From the NCBI RefSeq assembly GCF_001457595.1, contig NZ_LN831039.1:810001-842000 (forward strand): a DNA stretch of 32,000 nucleotides, read 5' to 3'. The position numbers and the translations under genes were made by a program. Below are positions 8,029 to 14,358 of the stretch, in pieces. Under the pieces are notes generated by a model, which was not told the DNA's origin, did not search any database, and was given only the letters and a program-made list of their open reading frames with translations. The stretch's first letter is position 1, and each line of letters starts with the position of its first letter. Origin of the DNA: Mycolicibacterium smegmatis (GTDB taxonomy: Bacteria > Actinomycetota > Actinomycetes > Mycobacteriales > Mycobacteriaceae).

Positions 8029-8553
8029 ATGGCAAATACACTGCTCGATTTCGTCATGTCGCTGGTGCGTGATCCGGAGGCTGCGGCGCGCTATGCGGCC
8101 GACCCGGCGCAGGCCATCGCCGACGCCGATCTCAACGGCGTGACCAGTGTTGACGTCGACAACCTGATCCCTGTGGTGTCGGAGTCGCTGTCCGTCGGTG
8201 CGGCCACCGGGGGCCTCGACGCCTACGGCGCCGAACCGGCCGACAACGTCTGGGCATCCGGGGCCGCGACCGCGGCGTTCGACGCGTTCGGTGACCATGT
8301 GCCCTTCGAGACCGGAAGCGGTGGCCAGGTCATCCACGCGCCGGCCGATCCCGAACCGGCTGGGGCCGACGCACTGTCCGGGCCGGCCGAGGCGGTATCG
8401 GCGACAACCCCCGAGATCGACCCACCGGTCGTCGAACCCTTGCAGGTCGAAGACCCCGTGTTCGGTACCGACTGGGGGCAGCCCGTCATCCCCGAACACC
8501 CCGATATGGGGGATCATGGGGACGACCTCTCCGGGCTCGACATCTTCGACTGA
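8029..8553 (+). CDS. IniB N-terminal-domain protein with acidic C-terminus (Rv0340-like)
   Basis: ATG at 8029 is preceded by GAGAGG. The N-terminus MANTLLDFVMSLVRDPEAAARYAADPAQAIADADL parallels the IniB N-terminus MTSLIDFILDLFRSPASAAAFIADPDGSLRDAGL. Position matches Rv0340. The ORF track offers an earlier start at 8002 with no better RBS. Confidence 0.8.
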   Translation: MANTLLDFVMSLVRDPEAAARYAADPAQAIADADLNGVTSVDVDNLIPVVSESLSVGAATGGLDAYGAEPADNVWASGAATAAFDAFGDHVPFETGSGGQVIHAPADPEPAGADALSGPAEAVSATTPEIDPPVVEPLQVEDPVFGTDWGQPVIPEHPDMGDHGDDLSGLDIFD

Positions 8554-8579
8554 TCCGCCCGCCCTCAGCATTCACTGAA

Positions 8580-8620
8580 AAGACGCATGACCAGTTAGGT
8601 CATGCGTCTTTTTTGTTTTT
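8580..8620 (+). terminator. Canonical Rho-independent terminator (13-bp stem plus T-tract)
   Basis: aagacgcatgacc (8580-8592), loop agtta, ggtcatgcgtctt (8598-8610), followed by ttttttgttttttg. It lies 27 nt after the stop of the Rv0340-like CDS. Confidence 0.85.
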
Positions 8621-8639
8621 TGTGTTTGCTGATGCGATG

Positions 8640-8664
8640 CCCTAGTGACCCCCTAACCCCCTAA
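8640..8664 (+). promoter_or_regulatory. Second cluster of three CCCTA[AG] repeats, upstream of iniB
   Basis: CCCTAG (8640-8645), CCCCCTAA (8649-8656), CCCCCTAA (8657-8664). Same orientation relative to the downstream + strand gene as the 7879-7925 cluster. It lies about 170-195 nt upstream of the iniB ATG. Confidence 0.4.
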
Positions 8665-8834
8665 TGGGATCGGTGGCCCCACCCCGGGGCGGGCGGCGCG
8701 CACGAGGGGATCGAGCCCCGTTTCCGGGGGCTTCGCCGGTCCATAGCGTGGTGTGCAGATCGCCGGAGAGCCCGGCGGAGAACCTCACAAAGAACTCACG
8801 AGGACCTCCCAGAAACACCTGAAAGGTTGGAGCA

Positions 8835-9914
8835 ATGACCTCTCTGATCGACTTCATCCTCGACCTGTTCCGCAGCCCGGCCTCGGCGGCCGCATTCATC
8901 GCCGACCCGGACGGCAGCCTGCGCGATGCGGGCCTGCCCAACGTGACGGCCGCCCAGCTGCACGCCGTTGCGGCCACCGCGGCCCCTGCCGGTGTGCTGC
9001 TCGGCGGCGGCAACCCGGTCGTGGGCCTGCAGCGCGCGGTCGCCGACCACCACAACATCCCCGCTCAGTTCGCGGCGCCGATCGCCTCGCCGTTCTCGCC
9101 GCAGACCCAGTTCGCGCCGGAGGTGGCCAGCCACAACAACACCGATCTGGCGAGCCACAACAACACCCCGATCATGAGCCCCAACCAGGACGCCGGCGCC
9201 AACGCGCAACAGGGTGCGTTCAACCTGGGCTTCGGTGACATCACCCTGGGCAACAAGACCACGAACACCGCCACCAACGGCGGCGTGGTGGTCGACGGGG
9301 ACAACGCCGGTGACATCGTCAGCGGTGACGGCGCGGTCCTGGGTGACGGCAACACCACCAACAACGGCGACATCCTGGCCGGCGCCGGGTCCAACGTCGC
9401 GGTGGGCAAGGACAACGACATCGAGGACAACTCGCAGACCGCGGGCGGTGACCTGATCTCGGGCAACGACGGCCCGGTCATCAGCGACGTCGACATGAGC
9501 GGCGGCCACGGTGGCGGTGCCAGCGGCGGTGACAGCCTGATCGGGATCGGCAGCGGCGGCGCGTCCGGCGGTGACGGAGGCAACGGCGGGTCGATCATCC
9601 TGACCGACGCCAGCTCCAACTACGTCGGCGGCGACCAGACCTCGGTCGGTGGCGACTGGGGCAGCGACAACACGCAGGACAACTCGGTGAGCTCCGCGGT
9701 GGAGTACGACACCCACACCAGCTACACGGACAACTCGTCGACCTACGAGTCGAGCATCGGTTCGGGCAACCAGACCGCGATCGCCTCGGGCAACGAGACC
9801 GCGTTCGGATCGGGCAACGAGACCAACACCGCGCTGGCCTCGGGCAACAGCTACGACACGACCGACATCGACACCAACGTCGCGTCGCCCAGCCTCGAGC
9901 TCGACGCGTTCTGA
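8835..9914 (+). CDS. iniB: IniB (isoniazid-inducible protein B-like): IniB-N domain plus Gly/Asn/Asp/Thr-rich repetitive region
   Basis: 359 aa with GAAAGG/GGAG upstream of the ATG. The N-terminal domain is shared with the 8029-8553 product. It sits immediately upstream of iniA as in M. tuberculosis. No signal peptide or TM segment. Confidence 0.85.
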   Translation: MTSLIDFILDLFRSPASAAAFIADPDGSLRDAGLPNVTAAQLHAVAATAAPAGVLLGGGNPVVGLQRAVADHHNIPAQFAAPIASPFSPQTQFAPEVASHNNTDLASHNNTPIMSPNQDAGANAQQGAFNLGFGDITLGNKTTNTATNGGVVVDGDNAGDIVSGDGAVLGDGNTTNNGDILAGAGSNVAVGKDNDIEDNSQTAGGDLISGNDGPVISDVDMSGGHGGGASGGDSLIGIGSGGASGGDGGNGGSIILTDASSNYVGGDQTSVGGDWGSDNTQDNSVSSAVEYDTHTSYTDNSSTYESSIGSGNQTAIASGNETAFGSGNETNTALASGNSYDTTDIDTNVASPSLELDAF

Positions 9915-9927
9915 GACCAGCACCCCC

Positions 9928-9957
9928 GCGGGGGCCACCCGAAGTGGTGGCCCCCGC
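9928..9957 (+). other. GC-rich hairpin in the iniB-iniA spacer (possible attenuator or RNA-stability element)
   Basis: gcgggggccacc (9928-9939) is the exact reverse complement of ggtggcccccgc (9946-9957), loop cgaagt. No downstream T-tract. Confidence 0.5.
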
Positions 9958-10001
9958 TCGGTGCGTATGCCTACCGTTGACGTCTGCAGGAGGGAAGCTT
10001 C

Positions 10002-11891
10002 ATGACGCAGCCCAGTGATCCGGGGGCGGCCGGCGGGCCGGCCAGTCCGGTTTCGGCCGGCGGGCCGGCCAGACCTGTCAAGGTGATCGTCGAGCTCATC
10101 GACCACACCAGCGCCATCGCCGCCGCCAAGGACCGCGCCGACCTGGTGGAACGGCTGCGTGCCGCGAAGGCCAGGATCAGCGATCCGCAGATCCGCGTCG
10201 TCATCGCCGGGCAGCTCAAGCAGGGCAAGAGCCAGCTGCTCAACTCGCTGCTCAACATCCCGGTGGCGCGCGTCGGTGACGACGAGAGCACCGTGCTCGC
10301 GACCGTGGTGTCCTACGGCGAGCAGGCCTCGGCGCGACTGGTGGTGGCCCGTCCCGACGGCGCCGAACCCGAACTGATCGAGATCCCGCCGTCCGAGGTC
10401 ACCACCGATTTGCGCCGGGCACCGCAGGCCAGTGGCCGCCAGGTGCTGCGCGTCGAGGTCACCGCGCCGAGCCCGCTGCTCAAAGGTGGCCTGGCGTTCG
10501 TCGACACCCCCGGTGTGGGCGGACACGGCCAACCCCACCTGTCGGCGACGCTGGGTCTGCTGCCCGACGCCGACGCCATGCTGATGATCAGCGACACCAG
10601 CCAGGAGTTCACCGAGCCGGAGATGAAGTTCATCCGGCAGGCCCTCGAGATCTGCCCGGTGGCCGCGATCGTCGCGACCAAGACCGACCTGTACCCGCAC
10701 TGGCGCCAGATCGTCGACGCCAACATCGCGCACCTGCAGCGGGCCGGGCTCAACGTCCCGGTGATCCCGGCGTCGTCGGTGCTGCGCAGCCACGCGATCT
10801 CGCTCAACGACAAGGAACTCAACGAGGAATCGAACTTCCCGGCGATCGTGAAGTTCCTCTCCGAGCATGTGCTGTCCCGGCAGAACGACCGTATCCGCGA
10901 CCAGATCGTCGATGAGATCCGTTCAGCGGCAGAACATCTGCTGCTGGCCGTGGAATCGGAACTGTCATCGTTCAACGACCCGGGGGAGCGGGAACGCCTC
11001 ACCGCCGAGTTGGAGCGACGCAAGCAGGAGGCCCAGGATGCGTTGCAGCAGACCGCGTTGTGGCAGCAGGTGCTCAGCGACGGCATCGCCGATCTGACCG
11101 CCGACGTCGACCACGACCTGCGGCACCGGTTCCGCATCATCGCCGCACACACCGAAAAGGTGATCGACGGTTGCGATCCCACGCTGCACTGGGCCGAGAT
11201 CGGCGCCGAACTCGAGGACGCGGTCGCCACGGCGGCCGGGGACAACTTCGTATGGGCCTATCAACGCGCCGAGGCGCTGGCGGCCGAGGTGGCGCGGACC
11301 TTCACCGAGGCCGGTCTGGATGCGGTTCAGATGCCGCAGATCGACGCGCGTGACATGGGAGCGGGCTTCGGGGAACTGAATTCACTGGCGCGACTTGAGG
11401 CCAAGCCGATCAAGATCGGCCACAAGGTGGTCACCGGGATGCGTGGCTCGTACGGCGGCGTGCTGATGTTCGGCATGCTGACCTCGTTCGCGGGTCTGGG
11501 CATGTTCAACCCGTTGTCGCTCGGCGCGGGTTTCGTGCTGGGGCGCAAGGCCTACAAGGAGGACATGGAGAACCGCATGCTGCGCGTGCGCAACGAGGCC
11601 AAGGCCAACGTGCGCAAGTTCGTCGACGACGTGGCGTTCGTCGTCGGCAAGGAGTCCCGCGACAGGCTCAAGGGCATCCAGCGCCAGTTGCGCGACCACT
11701 ACCGCGAGATCGCGAACCAGACCACGCGCTCGCTCAACGAGTCACTGCAAGCTGCGATCGCCGCCGCGAAAGTCGAGGAAGCCGAACGCAATACGCGTGT
11801 CAAGGAACTCGAGCGCCAGCAGAACATCCTCAAGCAGGTGGTCGACCACGCCGCCAAACTCGCGCAGGACCCGGCACCGAGTACGGCCTGA
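10002..11891 (+). CDS. iniA: Dynamin-like GTPase IniA
   Basis: 629 aa with AGGAGGG upstream of the ATG. G1 GQLKQGKSQLLNSLL, G3 FVDTPGVGG, G4 ATKTD. Long helical stalk and a Gly-rich hydrophobic paddle GMRGSYGGVLMFGMLTSFAGLGMFNPLSLGAGFVLG (nt 11436-11543). Confidence 0.92.
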   Translation: MTQPSDPGAAGGPASPVSAGGPARPVKVIVELIDHTSAIAAAKDRADLVERLRAAKARISDPQIRVVIAGQLKQGKSQLLNSLLNIPVARVGDDESTVLATVVSYGEQASARLVVARPDGAEPELIEIPPSEVTTDLRRAPQASGRQVLRVEVTAPSPLLKGGLAFVDTPGVGGHGQPHLSATLGLLPDADAMLMISDTSQEFTEPEMKFIRQALEICPVAAIVATKTDLYPHWRQIVDANIAHLQRAGLNVPVIPASSVLRSHAISLNDKELNEESNFPAIVKFLSEHVLSRQNDRIRDQIVDEIRSAAEHLLLAVESELSSFNDPGERERLTAELERRKQEAQDALQQTALWQQVLSDGIADLTADVDHDLRHRFRIIAAHTEKVIDGCDPTLHWAEIGAELEDAVATAAGDNFVWAYQRAEALAAEVARTFTEAGLDAVQMPQIDARDMGAGFGELNSLARLEAKPIKIGHKVVTGMRGSYGGVLMFGMLTSFAGLGMFNPLSLGAGFVLGRKAYKEDMENRMLRVRNEAKANVRKFVDDVAFVVGKESRDRLKGIQRQLRDHYREIANQTTRSLNESLQAAIAAAKVEEAERNTRVKELERQQNILKQVVDHAAKLAQDPAPSTA

Positions 11892-11895
11892 ACAC

Positions 11896-12237
11896 TCAGT
11901 GCCGGCGGCGCCACAGCACGACGCCGACCACGACGGCGAGCACCCCGACCGCGATGGGGATCACGGGCTTGACCGCGCCCCGGTCATCGGTGAGCGCATC
12001 GCGCGTCGCGGCCTGCGCGGTGTGCGCCTTCTCGGCGACACGCTCCTTGGTCTCGGCGGCCTTGTCGTGGGCGCGGGCCTTGACGTCGGTCTTGGCTGCC
12101 AGGGCCTCCACGGTCTGTCCGAGTTCGTCGCGGGTCTTCTCGATGTCGGCCTGGATCTCGGCCACCCCGGCGTCGGGACCTGGTTCGGGTCGCAGATTCG
12201 TGGGCTTGTCGGTGTTGTCGGTGTTTTCACTGGCCAT
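11896..12237 (-). CDS. DUF3618-type tail-anchored membrane protein (coiled-coil N-domain, C-terminal TM; YqjD/ElaB-like architecture)
   Basis: 113 aa. Contains VAEIQADIEKTRDELGQTVEALAAKTDVKARAHDKAAETKERV followed by the C-terminal helix VIPIAVGVLAVVVGVVLW-RRRH. Its ATG at 12237 overlaps the upstream gene by 11 nt. Confidence 0.75.
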   Translation of the reverse strand: MASENTDNTDKPTNLRPEPGPDAGVAEIQADIEKTRDELGQTVEALAAKTDVKARAHDKAAETKERVAEKAHTAQAATRDALTDDRGAVKPVIPIAVGVLAVVVGVVLWRRRH

Positions 12238-12640
12238 GGCGACCTGTCCTCACTTCGTCCTGGACCTCGTGGATGTCCTGTTTGACGTTGGCGACCGTCA
12301 TCTCGGGGGTCGGTGACGCCTGATCGATCTGCTTCTTGCTGATCAGAGCGGTGATCCCGGCGATCGCGAACAGGACGACCGCGACGATCAGCGCCGCGGC
12401 CCACACCGGAAGTGCCAAGGCCAGCGCGGCGATCGCCGCGGTCACCACACCGGCGAGACCGAACACCGCGATCAGTCCCGCGGCGCTGAACAGGCCCGCG
12501 CCGATGCCGGCATGCTTGGCCGACTCGGTGAATTCTTTTTGCGCCAAACGCATCTCGTCGCGGACCAGCCGCGAGGTCTGTGCCGATAGCTGGCTCATCA
12601 GTTCGCCGATCGGCGTGTCGACAGTGGGTTTCGGTTGCAT
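12227..12640 (-). CDS. Holin-X / DUF1469 (YqjE-like) two-TM membrane protein
   Basis: Two adjacent hydrophobic helices (GIGAGLFSAAGLIAVFGLAGVVTAAIAAL, LPVWAAALIVAVVLFAIAGITAL) after an amphipathic N-terminus (LVRDEMRLAQKEFTESAKH). The start is taken at ATG 12640 (MQPKPTVD...); the ORF track allows 12682. Confidence 0.7.
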   Translation of the reverse strand: MQPKPTVDTPIGELMSQLSAQTSRLVRDEMRLAQKEFTESAKHAGIGAGLFSAAGLIAVFGLAGVVTAAIAALALALPVWAAALIVAVVLFAIAGITALISKKQIDQASPTPEMTVANVKQDIHEVQDEVRTGRHGQ

Positions 12641-12809
12641 CTCTCGTCTCGCTTCGTCTCGCCTCGCACGAACAGCCGTCACGCTGCACTGCCGGCAGGC
12701 TTCCCGGCGGTGCCGGTGATCAAACCGTCGGGCCCGCGTTGGAGGGGCGACCCACGACCTAAGCTCGAAGAGTTAACCGCCGGTCGTTGGAAAGGTTGGA
12801 CTCCGCAGC

Positions 12810-14303
12810 GTGAGCACGGGGGATCAGGTGCGCGCGATCCTGCGCGGCACCGTCCAGGCATATCGTGGCGATCCGGCATACCGTCACCGCCCCGACGTGC
12901 ACAACGAGCTCGAGCGCATCGGGTGGCAGCTCAACCAGCCGATCCGCATCGCGTTGGCAGGCACACTCAAAGCCGGCAAGTCGACGCTGGTCAACGCGCT
13001 GCTCGGCGAGGAAATCGCCCCGACTGATGCCACGGAGGCCACCCGGATCGTCACGTGGTTCCGGCACGGCCCGACGCCCAAGGTGACCGCCAACCACCGC
13101 GGCGGCCGGCGGTTCAACGTTCCGATCGTGCGCGACCCCCACGACCGCGGCCTGACGTTCCGCTTCGACGGCCTGGACCCCGGCGAGATCCTGGACCTGG
13201 ACGTCGAGTGGCCCGCCGTCGAACTCATCGACACCACGATCATCGACACCCCGGGGACGTCGTCGCTGTCGCAGGACGTCTCCGAACGCACCTACCGGTT
13301 GCTGGTGCCCGACGACGGCGTGCCCCGCGTCGACGCCGTGGTGTTCTTGCTGCGCACCCTCAACGCCGCCGACATCGCGCTGCTCAAGCAGATCGGCGAA
13401 CTCGTCGGTGGCTCGTCCGGGGCGCTCGGCGTCATCGGCGTCGCGTCGCGCGCCGACGAGATCGGGGCGGGCCGCATCGACGCGATGATGTCGGCGAAGG
13501 ACGTCGCCAAGCGGTTCACCGCCGAGATGGACAAGACCGGCATCTGCCAGGCCGTCGTGCCGGTGTCCGGGCTGCTCGCGGTGACCGCCCGCACGCTGCG
13601 GCAGAGCGAGTTCGTCGCGCTCGAGAAGCTGGCCGGTGTCGACCCGGCCGAACTGGCCAAGGCCATGCTGTCGGTCGACCGCTTCGTCCGAGAGGACAGC
13701 GCACTGCCCGTGGATGCCGCGACGCGGGCGGCGCTGCTGGACCGGTTCGGCATGTTCGGGATCCGGATCTCGATCGCGGTGCTGCGCGCCGGGGTGTCCG
13801 ATTCGGTGGCGCTGGCCGACGAACTGCTCGAACGCAGCGGCCTGATCGCGCTGCGCGACGTCATCGACCAGCAGTTCGCGCAGCGGTCGGAGCTGCTCAA
13901 GGCCCACACCGCCCTGCTTTCGTTGCGGCAGTTCGTGCAGCACAACCCCATCTACGCGACGCCCTACATCCTGGCTGACATCGAACCGCTGCTGGCCGAC
14001 ACCCATGCGTTCGAGGAACTGCGGCTGCTGAGCCAGCTGAGGTCACGTCCGACCACGCTCAACGAGGACGAGATGGCCTCGCTGCGCCGCATCATCGGCG
14101 GCTCGGGCACCGACGCCGCGAGTCGTCTCGGCCTGACCCCCGACGCGCCGTACGACGGACCGCGTGCGGCGTTCGCGGCCGCGCAGCGCTGGCGACGACG
14201 TGCCGAGCATCCGCTGAACGATCCGTTCACCACCCGCGCGTGCCGGGCCGCGGTGCGCAGCGCCGAGGCGCTGGTCGCCGAATACGCCGCGCGTCAGCGC
14301 TGA
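12810..14303 (+). CDS. iniC: Dynamin-like GTPase IniC
   Basis: 497 aa with a GTG start and GGAAAGG upstream. G1 GTLKAGKSTLVNALLG, G3 IDTPGTSS, G4 ASRAD. Helical C-terminal half with no long hydrophobic paddle. Confidence 0.9.
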   Translation: MSTGDQVRAILRGTVQAYRGDPAYRHRPDVHNELERIGWQLNQPIRIALAGTLKAGKSTLVNALLGEEIAPTDATEATRIVTWFRHGPTPKVTANHRGGRRFNVPIVRDPHDRGLTFRFDGLDPGEILDLDVEWPAVELIDTTIIDTPGTSSLSQDVSERTYRLLVPDDGVPRVDAVVFLLRTLNAADIALLKQIGELVGGSSGALGVIGVASRADEIGAGRIDAMMSAKDVAKRFTAEMDKTGICQAVVPVSGLLAVTARTLRQSEFVALEKLAGVDPAELAKAMLSVDRFVREDSALPVDAATRAALLDRFGMFGIRISIAVLRAGVSDSVALADELLERSGLIALRDVIDQQFAQRSELLKAHTALLSLRQFVQHNPIYATPYILADIEPLLADTHAFEELRLLSQLRSRPTTLNEDEMASLRRIIGGSGTDAASRLGLTPDAPYDGPRAAFAAAQRWRRRAEHPLNDPFTTRACRAAVRSAEALVAEYAARQR

Positions 14304-14358
14304 CAGGCCGGATGACCGGCCGGCTTAACGAATCGGGCCCGTCCGACGACATACGGGT

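Noticed and set aside
8640-8664. The minus strand reads TTAGGGGGTTAGGGGG, resembling telomeric TTAGGG repeats
   Set aside because: There are only 2-3 copies, internal to a gene-dense region with no terminal inverted repeat context. A protein-binding promoter element is the better interpretation.
8835-9914. IniB as a PE_PGRS-like or secreted glycine-rich antigen
   Set aside because: It has no PE/PPE N-terminal domain, no GGAGGX-type PGRS periodicity and no signal peptide. The N-terminus matches the IniB-N domain shared with the neighbouring gene.
8796-10868. 690-aa minus-strand ORF antisense to iniB and iniA
   Set aside because: Same reasoning. It is a low-complexity Arg/Gly/Val/Asp product that spans the iniB-iniA intergenic hairpin. 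The + strand genes have RBSs and GTPase motifs.
12227-12682. A 'phage holin family' protein as evidence of a prophage or lysis cassette
   Set aside because: No endolysin, integrase, capsid/tail genes, att-like repeats or compositional shift lie nearby. This Holin-X/DUF1469 family is widespread as a chromosomal stress-membrane protein paired with DUF3618/YqjD-like genes.
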